Of a stretch of 64,000 bases of DNA, positions 18,079 to 28,802 are shown piece by piece (the stretch's first letter is position 1; each line of letters begins with the position of its first letter). Made by a program: the position numbers and the translations under genes. This DNA comes from Candidatus Bathyarchaeota archaeon. GTDB lineage: Archaea > Thermoproteota > Bathyarchaeia > Bathyarchaeales > Bathyarchaeaceae. The stretch spans positions 11,141 to 75,140 of the forward strand of contig CAWDYQ010000002.1 of the NCBI GenBank assembly GCA_963806645.1, written 5' to 3'. Under the pieces are notes generated by a model. The model saw nothing but the letters and a program-made list of their open reading frames with translations, was not told the DNA's origin and ran no database searches.

Positions 18079-19647
18079 TTATCCAAGACTTCTTCTTAGC
18101 TTAGCAGCTTCTTCAAGATAGTTTTTGGCTTCTTCGTCATTCCTTTCAATGTAAGAGATGAGAAAATTGCTCACTGTGTTTTCATATTTTCTCTGAGTAA
18201 GAGTTCGAGGCCCAAATTTGATGCCGAGATCTTCCTTAGCAACTTTAATATCCAAAACAAGTCTTGTAAGTGCAGATCGCAAGTTATCTTCTTTCATTCC
18301 TGCTCTTTTTGCGACCTCACCATACATATTCATAAGCATATTGAGGTTTTGCCAAGACAAATACCCTGCAACCGCATTTAGATCAGATTTCAGGTTAACA
18401 TAATAATTCTTAAGGGTATTCTGCTCTTTTTCAGTTAAATCACCTAATGCTTTTAAACCAATAAACTCTGGAGGTATCCCAAGAGAATAAAGCGCCGCAG
18501 CAAAAGTTATCGCCCTAGGAAGAGCAATTCCACCTAGATTACGACTATATCCGAAGAGTCCAATATGCAATTTTCGTGCGCGTCTCTTAGGAATATACGA
18601 TACAACACTACTAACTAATGGAGCTAAATCCTCCACTACCATCTGATAATTCAACTTGAATTTTTCAATGATTTTAAGCAAAAGTTTCTCTTCATCAGCC
18701 TCCATGAGTGTTGCCTCACCATAAGGAAGCTTTTCGTTGAGAACCCCAACAAGATGTTTCACATCTTCAATAGGGAAATCATACTTTAGACCTGATTGTA
18801 TTGTTGCAGTGTAAACTCCCTTGTACTCATTGAGAAAACAATCCAAGTTGTTAGGTGACAAGTGACCTCTAAAGGGCATGGAACCTACACCAATTATGGG
18901 ATAAATCGGTATTTCTTTACGTTTCTCTAATGACCTAAGCTTAGAAAGAGCAATCTTTGAAAGAAGAGTCGCACTGACAAGACCGTAATTAAGAGCAGGA
19001 TCTGACCGAGCGATAAAGACCCGAATATAACTAGGTTTAACAGAATTTATGTAAGGTTCAACTATAGAATCTATCTTCAATAAGCTGTTCATGTCCTCTA
19101 TCAAAGGAATCAATTCGATGTAGCTTGGCTTTACTGAACCAACCCAATCCTTTACCCTAAATGAACCATCCAAAACAAATTCTTCAACCCCTACAATTGC
19201 CCGCTTATAGTAATTAAACAGGTGGACAAGCTCTTCACTATCAGTTGTAAAAGGAAGAATAACCTCAAAAATAGGAGCGATTTCGGTCTTATAGAAAGCA
19301 GAAGCCACATCCGAACTGACAGCAATATTCTGGAGAGTTTCAACCACAATTTTCCTTTCTGCAACTTCAACTCTCGGATTAGGAATACGGTAGGTAAGAA
19401 AAACGTCTTTTCCAATAACATTTTCTTTGAAATAATCTCCATGGGCAGTCAAAGATTTTCTTATAACACGAATGTCTGTGTCCTTTCCCTCGGAGTCCCA
19501 CATAACCTCTTGGCAACCAAGTTCACTGAAGGAAAAATATGCTTCAAAAACTTCAGCATCTCCCTCAATCACTTTGTTATTTTGCCACAAAGGAGCACAA
19601 GCATTGTCAGGATGTTGAGTAGACATAGTACGTGGTATCTTCCGCAT
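18079..19647 (-). CDS. ppcA: archaeal-type phosphoenolpyruvate carboxylase
   Basis: 522 aa. The N-terminus KIPRTMSTQHPDNA is the hallmark of atPEPC. Confidence 0.85.
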   Translation of the reverse strand: MRKIPRTMSTQHPDNACAPLWQNNKVIEGDAEVFEAYFSFSELGCQEVMWDSEGKDTDIRVIRKSLTAHGDYFKENVIGKDVFLTYRIPNPRVEVAERKIVVETLQNIAVSSDVASAFYKTEIAPIFEVILPFTTDSEELVHLFNYYKRAIVGVEEFVLDGSFRVKDWVGSVKPSYIELIPLIEDMNSLLKIDSIVEPYINSVKPSYIRVFIARSDPALNYGLVSATLLSKIALSKLRSLEKRKEIPIYPIIGVGSMPFRGHLSPNNLDCFLNEYKGVYTATIQSGLKYDFPIEDVKHLVGVLNEKLPYGEATLMEADEEKLLLKIIEKFKLNYQMVVEDLAPLVSSVVSYIPKRRARKLHIGLFGYSRNLGGIALPRAITFAAALYSLGIPPEFIGLKALGDLTEKEQNTLKNYYVNLKSDLNAVAGYLSWQNLNMLMNMYGEVAKRAGMKEDNLRSALTRLVLDIKVAKEDLGIKFGPRTLTQRKYENTVSNFLISYIERNDEEAKNYLEEAAKLRRSLG

Positions 19648-19789
19648 AGATCTTCACACATAAAGCGCTAATAATTAACAGGTTAAAAGCCGTTCCTCTT
19701 TGATCAATTGAGGTCTATAGACAGTTTTGTTAAGATAATCTTTTGTATTAGATTACAGTTAGGGATGGAACTATCGGAGACCACCGGCC

Positions 19790-20836
19790 ATGAATGTTGG
19801 AATAGTAGGCTGCGGATACATTTCTGGAATCCACGTCAACGCCTGGAGAGACCTAGGAATGCCCGTGGCTGCTGCTTGCGACTTGAATGAAAAAGCAGCA
19901 CTCCAATTTACAAAAGAGTGGGGCATTCCAGCTCATTATACTGACTTCTCTGAAATGCTTAAAAAAGAAAACCTCTACGCTGTTTCAATATGTGTTCCAC
20001 CCAAGTTTCACACTAATGTAGCGATAGAGGCTTTGGAATCAGGATGCAACATAGTTGTTGAAAAACCATTCACCATAAACACAGAGGAGGCAAAAAAACT
20101 GCTAGATGTTCTTCAAAAGTCAAAAGGTAAAATGACAATAATCCATAGTCAACTCTTTGAACACTCAATATTTCAAGCAATGAAGAAAGTAAAGGCAGGA
20201 GAAATAGGACAAGTCATAGGTATGGACGTAACAACTTTACATAGCCCTGACGAAATAATGGCAGCAGACAAAAACCATTGGTGCCATAAATTACCTGGAG
20301 GAAGATTCGGAGAAAATCTGCCACATCCTGTTTATCTTCTTCAAGCTTTTCTAGGAAAACTGCAAATTAAATCCGTATTAACTGACAAGCTTGGTCCTCA
20401 CTCATGGATGCCTAAAGACGAATTACGAGTGATTCTAGATGCTGAAAAAAACAGATTCGGAACAATCCACATAAGCTTTAATGCACCAGGACACGATTTA
20501 ACGGTCGTTCAAGCAAGCATCTACGGCACAGGCGGCATAATCCACGCCGACATATACCCTGTAAGCACACTATTTGTTTCAAAGCCGGGACGTGGAATAC
20601 TGCATTTCGGAAACGTATCCCAACAATTCAAAATATGGGGCGCATATTTGAAGAACATTATAACCAAAAGAAAAGGACCTAGATATTATAGCGTTTCACA
20701 TGCACGAATCATTAAAGCTTTTGTTGAAAGTCTTTCAGATAAGGGAAGCCCCCTTGTCACTCCCGAAAACGGATACGAAAACGTAAAAGTAGTCGAACAA
20801 ATATGCAAAAAAATAGACGATTCGTTAAATAAATAA
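19790..20836 (+). CDS. Gfo/Idh/MocA family oxidoreductase
   Basis: N-terminal Rossmann motif MNVGIVGCGYISGIH, followed by EKPF in IVVEKPFT. Confidence 0.75.
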   Translation: MNVGIVGCGYISGIHVNAWRDLGMPVAAACDLNEKAALQFTKEWGIPAHYTDFSEMLKKENLYAVSICVPPKFHTNVAIEALESGCNIVVEKPFTINTEEAKKLLDVLQKSKGKMTIIHSQLFEHSIFQAMKKVKAGEIGQVIGMDVTTLHSPDEIMAADKNHWCHKLPGGRFGENLPHPVYLLQAFLGKLQIKSVLTDKLGPHSWMPKDELRVILDAEKNRFGTIHISFNAPGHDLTVVQASIYGTGGIIHADIYPVSTLFVSKPGRGILHFGNVSQQFKIWGAYLKNIITKRKGPRYYSVSHARIIKAFVESLSDKGSPLVTPENGYENVKVVEQICKKIDDSLNK

Positions 20837-20851
20837 CTAAAACCATTTCTG

Positions 20852-21544
20852 TTAACGCAGCTTTCGAAGCTTATGCCTAATATTTTTCTCAGTTTCGACA
20901 TGGATTAAACGGTGTGTTTTCCCACATACAGAACATGTCAAATCCTGTCCCGTATCAGTCTCCTTCTTTGATGCTTTTTTCCTCTGCTCAGCCTGCTCTT
21001 TCTGATATAATTTCTCTTGAGGGGTTGATTCTGAAAGTCCCCATGCACGTTCAAGAACAAAAAGGGTCACGAGATCTTTTTCGTTTTCTGGTTTACTTAG
21101 CGTAACTAAGTGTTTGCCAGGTGCTTTTTTTCCTGTAGCTTCTTCATAAGATTTAATCATAAAATTTTCTTTGATTATGTCTGGAACTTCTTCGATGCTG
21201 GAAACCACATTTCTTTTTAGCTCATTATTTTCAGTCAGTTCTGACAAAGAAATAACGTCATAAAGCATACCTTCGATTTTACTTTTCTGAAACACCATAC
21301 TTTTTCCTTCCAATTGCGAAAATCGAATACCACTTGGACATTTCAATGATTTTACAGTGATTTTTTCTAGTTCTTTATCCTTACAAAGTTTGAAAAGCCA
21401 TTCTCCAGTGAGGAAGTCTTTAACAAGGTAAAAACTTACTTCTCCGTTTCTCATCTTACGCAAACTCATATCGTACCAAGTATCATCTGTCCGAGTTTCA
21501 ACTCGTTTAATTTTAAAATGATTTAGTAACTGCAAAAAGTCCAC
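20852..21544 (-). CDS. hypothetical protein
   Basis: 230-aa ORF with no recognised motifs. The C-terminus is Lys/Glu-rich with a single CxxC (CSVCGKTH). Confidence 0.5.
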   Translation of the reverse strand: MDFLQLLNHFKIKRVETRTDDTWYDMSLRKMRNGEVSFYLVKDFLTGEWLFKLCKDKELEKITVKSLKCPSGIRFSQLEGKSMVFQKSKIEGMLYDVISLSELTENNELKRNVVSSIEEVPDIIKENFMIKSYEEATGKKAPGKHLVTLSKPENEKDLVTLFVLERAWGLSESTPQEKLYQKEQAEQRKKASKKETDTGQDLTCSVCGKTHRLIHVETEKNIRHKLRKLR

Positions 21545-21632
21545 AACTCTTTACACAATCTCATTGTTACAAGATAAATATTTAACTCGAAATAAAAACT
21601 TCAGTAGAAAAAAGCTTACGCTTAATGTAATA

Positions 21633-21685
21633 AGATAAAAAAAGAAAGAGGGGTTAATACCCATTTTAGGTTGGGTATCTTAACC
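21633..21685 (-). terminator. hairpin plus oligo-T tract after the S-layer-like gene
   Basis: GGTTAATACCC (21652-62) pairs with GGGTATCTTAACC (21673-85, one bulged C). On the minus strand this is followed by TCTTTCTTTTTTTAT. The stop codon (21680-82) lies in the 5' arm. Confidence 0.35.
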
Positions 21686-24286
21686 TGCTATTTTTCTTTG
21701 GATGATGTATACTGCGAGTATTGCAGCGATTGCGGCAATCAGAGCTAACACAACGGCTACAATCACCAGTGTGTTGAGACCTCCGATTTGACCTGAAAGG
21801 TCGTCTGTTGCGGCGGTTAGATCAGCGGAAGATGCGCGTTGTACTACTTAGTGTGTTCATCTTTGTCTCAAGTGCTGCAACGTCTGCTGTCAATGAATCA
21901 ACTGCTGCTTGTACTGCTGCTACATCTGCGTCGGTTGCGGCGTTGTTTACTGCGGTGGTTAGTGCATTCACTTTTGTTTCAATGCCAGCAATGGCGCTGT
22001 TCAGCATGCTAACAGCTGTGTTTACAGCTGCTACATCAGCGTCTGTTGCTGCAGTAGCACTTAGTGAATCCACTTGTGCCTGCAAATCAGCAACTAGTTC
22101 AGCAATTGAAACAATGGACGATTGTAATGCACCAACAGTCGATTGTAAGGAGCCAACAGATGAGCCTAAGCCATTTGTATCTGCTTCTATACCATCGACT
22201 TTGTCGCTAAGAGCTTCTATTGCAGCCATTAAGCTTTCTAAGGTTACTTCTGCGGGTGTGACAGTGAAGTTTGTTGTTACTTCTTCTGCTGGACCCATGT
22301 TGCCTGCATCATCAGTCATATTCATTGCTTGAAGCGTAATTGTCCAAGCGCCAACTTGTGCTTGTGCATCAGATAGCCATATTGTTATTGCATATCTTCC
22401 ATTTACTGTATGTTCAGGGCTGTATGAAGTCATTGAATAAGTATCAGGTGCGGTTAACCAAATCTGTGACGTCTCCAGTAGTTACAGGTGTTCCGTCAGC
22501 GTATGTTGCATCGAAAAAGACAGAAAGGTATTCTCCAGGAGCATATGTTGTAGCACCAGTCATTATTGCGTCAACTATGATTTCAACTTCCAATAATTCA
22601 AAAGAATCAGTGGCGACATCGTACAACTGGTCCCATGTTTGGATTAGCTGCATCATAGACTTCCATATCGTTGATTTCAAAGAAGTAATTGCCTAAGGTT
22701 GCGTTGTATGGACTGTTCCAAATAATTGTCCATTCATCTGTTGTTGCGTTGAAGTCTTCTGCCATAAGTGTTACATTAGCAACGTTAACATTGGGTTCAC
22801 CTACAAGATAGACTCTGACAAGAATCTCGCCAAGGTCTGCATCTGTATAGAAGGTTTCGTCCGGATAAGTAATGTTGATCATTGCCATTGCATCACCTGT
22901 TCGTGTGTAGTTTGCTGCTGGTTGTTGCGTAACCATTACTGCTAAGTCTGCTTGTTCTACTGTGAATTCACCTGATTCCTCATCAACTGTTGGTCCTGTG
23001 TTATCATTAGTGTCAGCAATTGCTCCTACATCCAATGAGAAGTAGTAGCCGTCTCCAAGTGTAGCATTTCGTGGAATTTTCCATGAAACCATCCAATTGT
23101 CTGTATCTTCATCGTAATCATCTGCAGTTAACGATATTGTGTCTACAAGTGTACTATTAGCGTAGACACTTACATCTATTGAACTGAGACGTGTGTCATC
23201 TAGCATCGTAGCATCAGGATACGTGATTGTGAAGTTACCTTCAACAGTTAGTGTTCGTTGGTATGAGGCCATTGGATCGTCAACCCATGCGACAGCCAAG
23301 TTAGCTGATCCTACAGTAAATGTTTGAGTGGAATCAACATCTTTGTTGTCGCCTGTGGCATTTACAGCTGTTATTGTGTAGGTTCCTAGAGTTGCATTCC
23401 ATGGAATTACCCAATCACCCGTGACGCTTGTACCAGTAGTGGTGTTAACGTCAACCCATTCTGCAACAACTTCGTCAGATGGATCAGTTATGGTGATTGT
23501 CACGTTTTGGTTATTCGCCCAACCGTCGGTTTGAACTCCAACAGTTTCAAAACGTGCATAGCTAGTAGCGTTAACTATACCGATTACGAAACTAGCGGTA
23601 TCCCAATTGGTAATAACTCCTGGAAGAGTCCTGTCAGCAACTACATCATAAGTTCCGGTAAGAAGAGTGTTTGCACCAGTTGAAAAGTCATCTGCAAAGA
23701 GTACGGTAGTATTGCTTCCAGATCCAGCTCCGTCAGTTATGAAGCTGACTTCACCAGTGTATACTGTATCGTCTGGACCTGTTACTTCGACATCGAAACT
23801 GTTTAGTGTATTAGCTAGTGTTCCTCCGGTAACAGTGACGGTAACATTAACTGCATCACCTTCTGCTGCATAAGCAGGCACAACTTCTAGTGTTCTAGAA
23901 GTTATGACATCAAATGCTAAATACTGAACAGAAGTTGTTTGATTATCTTGTAACCAAACGCGATGGGCCATACCAGCGTCACTTCCTAAACATGCTGGGA
24001 CTACAAAAGTGTCTTCAACAGTGTAGGAGTTTGCAGGAGCATTATCAGTTACGATAGCTTCTCCTGCATCAGGAGTGTTGTTACCGTTAAGATCAAACCA
24101 GATTGTATAAGCTCCACCTTGTGTGTCAATTGCTCCAGTTAATGCAACGGTGTCTCCAACGTTCCCACTATCTGGGGTAATTGATGACAACGTGACTGCA
24201 CCGACCGGAAGTGTTGGTAGTACTGCGATAAGCATCGAGGTCATTATTATAGCTACTAAAATTTTAGATACTGTTTTGTTATGCAT
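21680..24286 (-). pseudogene. large S-layer-like surface protein (signal peptide, Ig-like repeats, coiled-coil stalk, C-terminal TM anchor) broken by three +1 frameshifts
   Basis: The start at 24286 (MHNKTVSKILVAIIMTSMLIAVLPTLPVGA) has GAGG upstream. Four successive frames join sensibly: ...ANPNMGPVV/DVATDSFELLEVE (~22625), ...TGDVTDL/LTAPDTYSMTSYSPEH (~22445) and ...KMNTLSST/QRASSADLTAATDDLSGQIGGLNTLVIVAVVLALIAAIAAILAVYIIQRKIAG (~21830). Confidence 0.7.
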
Positions 24287-24402
24287 TTTTATTTCCTCTA
24301 TATTTAACGTATCTTCAGTCATACGATATATAATATATACTTTATGTCCACACGATAATAAGAAAAAACGATTATGTGCACAAATGTTTAATAGAAATAT
24401 GT

Positions 24403-24990
24403 CTATGTGCACAACGTAAATTCTACAAGAATCAAACCTTTAATGAACTCACTTTTTTTAATTTTGCAGCTCAATCCGTCTAGAGCCCCTTCAACAAACT
24501 GCATTAGCAACTCGGTTCCCTCTTTAGTCAATGCAGTTGATGTGCACCTAAGCTTGAAGGTCCCCCCTGTTTTATTTACATTCACCTCATTTAGGTCCCA
24601 TCTTGCAGCCTGAAGAAGGTCAGCCAAAGCTTGAACTGGATCTTCAAATTTCTCAGAAATATATTTCCCATACCATTTTCCGCTTTCAAACCAAGCTTTC
24701 TGAAGCGCTTCTTTATCTGAGGCATAAACATTACTTGTCATAAAATCAAAAACAGTTAACGGTGTAAAGATCGCACCAGAAGCCTTCTGTGACTGAAGAA
24801 TTTCGAAATAACGAACCATACCCTTAAGGTTCTGACCAGACTCAAAAACCTTCACAGCCTGACACAAAGCCTCTTCGATATAACCATTAAGAGTTTTACC
24901 TTCCTTACTAGAAGCATCCATTAAACCCGCCAGAAGACGTTCAGGGATAGGAATCAGCCGTTTACCTTTACTTCGTCCCTCAGACATCAA
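24403..24990 (-). CDS. putative regulator, paralog B (C-terminal alpha/beta domain, possibly V4R-like)
   Basis: 195-aa ORF. Its ATG overlaps the upstream gene's stop (ATGA at 24987-90). The C-terminal part resembles that of the 193-aa neighbour. It lies directly upstream of the S-layer-like gene on the same strand. Confidence 0.6.
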   Translation of the reverse strand: MMSEGRSKGKRLIPIPERLLAGLMDASSKEGKTLNGYIEEALCQAVKVFESGQNLKGMVRYFEILQSQKASGAIFTPLTVFDFMTSNVYASDKEALQKAWFESGKWYGKYISEKFEDPVQALADLLQAARWDLNEVNVNKTGGTFKLRCTSTALTKEGTELLMQFVEGALDGLSCKIKKSEFIKGLILVEFTLCT

Positions 24991-25568
24991 CTCTTACTCC
25001 TATAAGCTCTCAATCTAATAGTTCCCCGTGTAACATCCTTGTTAAATCTCGTATAGCCAAAAGTTGCCAAAGCACTTTCAAGAAACGCTGCAAACAAAAA
25101 GGTGTAAGATTCAGAAAATTTCGGATTAATAATTCGAATCGAAACCTCATCTTTAATCTCCTCAACATCTAACTCAGAAACATTCCAAGTGAAAGCCTCC
25201 AAGTCGGATTTAAAAGCCGTAAATTGATCTTTAACTCCACTTGAAGCGTACCGCTTCGCCAACCAAGCTCCAGCTTCAACCCAAGCATTCAACGTCCTAC
25301 GTTTGGACTTCTCACATGCAATATCTGCCATCTCGTACCACAAGCTTTCCAAACCAAGAACAAAACTAGCTTCTTTAGCAGCTTTAAGCAACCCACGTTC
25401 TTCAATGAGGCTTCGGAGGCTTACACCCATCTCCTCAGCTTCGAGAGTCAACAGCAAAATTTCGTTCATGAAAGCATAGAAACTAAAGCCCTTTTTTTTA
25501 GCAACCTCACTTGCACGTTTGATCAGATCTTCGCGAGCAGCGAAAGTCTTTCTACTAATCGTGGGCAC
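24987..25568 (-). CDS. putative ribbon-helix-helix regulator, paralog A (C-terminal domain possibly V4R-like)
   Basis: The N-terminus ISRKTFAAREDLIKRASEVAKKKGFSFYAFMNEILLLTLEAEE fits a strand-helix-helix (CopG-like) pattern. The architecture is shared with 24403..24990. Confidence 0.6.
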   Translation of the reverse strand: MPTISRKTFAAREDLIKRASEVAKKKGFSFYAFMNEILLLTLEAEEMGVSLRSLIEERGLLKAAKEASFVLGLESLWYEMADIACEKSKRRTLNAWVEAGAWLAKRYASSGVKDQFTAFKSDLEAFTWNVSELDVEEIKDEVSIRIINPKFSESYTFLFAAFLESALATFGYTRFNKDVTRGTIRLRAYRSKS

Positions 25569-25776
25569 ACTTAACTCTCCAATAGGCTTTCAAATTATAA
25601 AAGGTATTAATCAATAGTACCTTAAATGCCTTTTAACTTCTACCCTGAAACAACCAGTCACTTAACAAGTTTCTGACTTTCATCTTTAACATTATTCACC
25701 AAATTTGGGTTTTCAAATCTTATTATGTAACTCATGTTCACGATTTCAGGATTTGCTTCTGATAGTTCGATTTCAA

Positions 25777-27862
25777 TTAATTTTTCTGATGTTTTTCCCA
25801 GAATTTTGCCATAATGTCTTCACAATCAATTGGATTCTTTACTATCTTCATTTCCTTTTGATAGTAACTTGGGAGTAAATATTTGATATTTGGCTGAGTA
25901 ATTCGTTCATCCAACATTACTATACATCCTTTGTCTTTAGCTGACCGATGAACACGTCCACAAGCTTGAACCAAACGAAAAATTGCCGGTGTCAGATAAG
26001 CGTAAGCTCTTCCATTTCCTGGAAATTGATAATCAAAATATTTTATCAACGCTTGCTGGTATACATTCCATGTTGCATAAGGCAGTCCAACGGTTACAAC
26101 ACACTTGAGAATGTTATCGGGATAATCCATTCCTTCGCTGAATTTCCCGCCCATAACTCCAAACAATGCGTTATTGTCTGATTTGGTCAGTTTCTCCATT
26201 AATTCGGTTCTTCTTGTTTTGCGTTCTTCTACAATCATTCCTCTATCGATGTCGATGTGTGAAAGAATTGTATTCATCAAGTTATAACTGGTAAAGAAGA
26301 CTCCAATGTTTCCCATTATTTGTCATTGATATGACTTCAATATATTCTGCCCATTTCTTGAGCATTTGATCTGTCCTCCTTTCAAATCTAGATGAGACAT
26401 CACAGGCAGCTAAAATAAGCCGATTTTCAGGCGGGAAAGGAGAATCGAATTCTCTGAGTCGGACATCTTCATTACTACGAAGAATCAAATCTCTATAGAC
26501 TTTAGGCGGAGAAAGAAAACCACTCATAACAATGCTACCCCTAGCCTGCCGAAGAACAGGATCAGTTATTTCCCTACCATCTAAACTTTTTACAGACAAA
26601 TATGTTCTATCGCCCCAATCCTTCTGGAGCAGGTGAACATATTTTTCTCCGACCTTCTGGAAGAAGTTATCAACAAAGTCACCCACCCTATGTGTGTAAC
26701 TAAAAATCCGGTCATGACCTAACTCTTGACGTACCTCTTTTACGTGTTCCCCGAATTCATGGAGAGTTTCTGCAGCTTCTTCGCTTGATGTTCCAGTCCA
26801 ATCGCGGAATTTATCAGATAGATCCTGTTGGTTTAGAAGTTTTAGGGTAGCATTTCCTAAACCTTTCTGGGCATATCGAAAAACGTCATCATCTATCACA
26901 TTGAGGTAATCTTGGACATCTCCCACTGTCTTGTGATCAAAATTTTCGGTTTCTTTGATAGCACTTTCAACAGTTTTTTGGGTAATCTGATCGGATAAAA
27001 GGTCACGAGCAAAGTTTGGAATATTATGAGCTTCATCTACTATTAAATAAACTTTTGATAAATCTACACCCCAACTCTGTAGAAGTGCTTTTCTAACGGG
27101 GGGGTTAAAAGTATAGTTGTATGTTCCTAAGAAAAGTTGCGCCCTGCTGAGATTTCTTTTCAGCATCTCGTATGCACAGAATCCCTGCCTAGCCATTAGT
27201 CGTGCGGCCTCTTGAGGATCCATGATTTTTCGGATACAATCAAGAGCTAGTTCTTCGGCTTGTCTCTTTCTCTTGTTCATGTTCCAATAGAAACTGCAAA
27301 AAGGCTTGTTTCCAGATTCACAATTTTCTTTGAGTCTTCTGCATTCCTCAAGAAAGTCAAAATATGATCCAGCTCTTTTTTTGGCTAAAGGGCACATGTC
27401 CTGTTTGCTGAAGAATGAAACGGTGTTAGGGGGTTTTTTGAGTCCTCTAAGTTCTTTTAGGAAGATGTGTAATTGGCTTCTAGTTCTAAAGCTAACTAGT
27501 AGCTTGTTGTTTTCGAGTTGGGGTAAAACGCTGAGAAGTGATGCTAGAGATTTCCCTATGCCACAGGGGGCGCTGCCAATGAAAACTTTGTTGGTTTCTA
27601 GGGCTTTTTTTGCTTCTTCGATAAACTCTACTTGTCCTTTCCGGACTTCGTAGCCTCTTGGGAGCAACTGGTTGTCAGATATTTCATTGTCTGGTGCTGT
27701 TTTTAGTGTAGTAATGTATTTCCTAGATGGGCTAGTTGCAGAGACTATTTTCGCCGTAAGGTAAGTTCCACAATCGAGACAGAATCTACTCTGGTTAAAC
27801 TGTTCAATGGAATGTTTTTTTCTGCATTTTCGACAAACGTAGATTCTGGTCAATTTTCTCAT
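25777..27862 (-). pseudogene. xpd: XPD/Rad3-type Fe-S DNA helicase with N-terminal zinc ribbon; +1 frameshift near 26300
   Basis: N-terminal zinc ribbon is CRKCRKK...CLDCG. Walker A is GSAPCGIGKS, with Fe-S Cys ligands (CPLAKK...ECRRLKENC...CSFYW...CAYE) and a DEAH box (VDEAHN). ORFs 26282..27862 and 25777..26316 join as ...SMTNNG/NIGVFFTSY if one A of GGGAAACA is removed. Confidence 0.8.
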
Positions 27863-27880
27863 TTATCCTACAGGATGCCA

Positions 27881-27909
27881 ATAAAAATATACTTCGGTAA
27901 ATTTCGGTA
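27881..27909 (-). promoter_or_regulatory. candidate TATA box with adjacent direct repeats upstream of xpd
   Basis: TATATTTTTAT on the minus strand (27881-91) lies about 20-30 nt from the ATG at 27862. TTCGGTA occurs at 27893-99 and 27903-09, spaced 10 bp. Confidence 0.3.
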
Positions 27910-28023
27910 CAAGCTTGACTTTAAAAATATTGAGTCAATGTTATTGCTTAACTTCTCTGGAATCATAAATGATAAAAGAGTTTAAGATTCAAATATATGT
28001 AAAATATTAGAGGGTTATACTTC

Positions 28024-28341
28024 ATGTCCTACTGTGCTAAATGTGGCGCGAAACTGGATGATGCTACACGGTTTTGTTCCTCTTGTGGTGCCTCTGTTGT
28101 GAGGATTACTAGTGAGGAGTATTCTGTTTCATCTGATAATCTAATTGAACGAGTAAAAGAGTTACTTCACGAAGGAAATATAACAAGAATAATTGTGAAG
28201 AACGAAAAGGGTGATGTGTTACTTGAGATTCCTGCAACGATCGGAGTTATCGGCGCTGTTCTTGTTCCTTGGCTTGCAGCGTTGGGGGCAATAGCTGCTT
28301 TAGCAACAAAATGTAGAGTAGTGGTTGAACGAAGAGAATAA
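28024..28341 (+). CDS. zinc-ribbon plus DUF4342-like membrane-associated protein
   Basis: The N-terminus is YCAKCGAKL...FCSSCGA. This is followed by LIERVKELLHEGNITRIIVKNEKGDVLLEIPATIGVIGAVLVPWLAALGAIAALATKCRVVVER. Confidence 0.6.
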   Translation: MSYCAKCGAKLDDATRFCSSCGASVVRITSEEYSVSSDNLIERVKELLHEGNITRIIVKNEKGDVLLEIPATIGVIGAVLVPWLAALGAIAALATKCRVVVERRE

Positions 28342-28412
28342 TCAGTAAGGGTCCAGAAATTCCAAAAAAATCAAAAATCAGTGTTTAGAATACCCTTAAA
28401 ATGATAAGCACT

Positions 28413-28802
28413 TTAGCTTTTTTCTTCAGCTTCTACTGTTTGTTGCTCAGCTTTTTCCGTAGTTGTTAGGTCTCTTGATGATGTGAGCATATAATCTGCC
28501 CAAGCTGCGAAATATCCACGGTCGAAATCTGCATTAATCTTATTTTTATATTCCTTCAAAAACTCTTTTCTAAATTTTTTCAGATTTTTATCATTCTCAA
28601 AGTCCACGTTTTTTATAAAAGAATAAGAATCACTTGATTTTTGAGCATTAAGTATACCATCAAGAGCATGTAGATATCCACTGTTCCATTCGGTTTCATT
28701 TGTTTTTAGTCTTATCCGTTCAAGTACACGTTCTGCTTCAGCAAATCGTCTTCCCTTAATAAGCTGAAAAAATCTAACTACAAAAATCTTAGAGATTGGC
28801 AT
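28413..28802 (-). CDS. hypothetical helical protein translationally coupled to radA
   Basis: The ATG at 28800-02 directly abuts the radA stop at 28803-05. The protein is 129 aa with no recognised motif. Confidence 0.55.
   Translation of the reverse strand: MPISKIFVVRFFQLIKGRRFAEAERVLERIRLKTNETEWNSGYLHALDGILNAQKSSDSYSFIKNVDFENDKNLKKFRKEFLKEYKNKINADFDRGYFAAWADYMLTSSRDLTTTEKAEQQTVEAEEKS

Noticed and set aside
21808-22332. A 174-aa plus-strand ORF rich in Ala, Ser, Thr and Val.
   Set aside because: It is the antisense shadow of the Ala/Val/Asp-rich coiled-coil region of the S-layer-like gene. Low-complexity repeats keep the opposite strand open.
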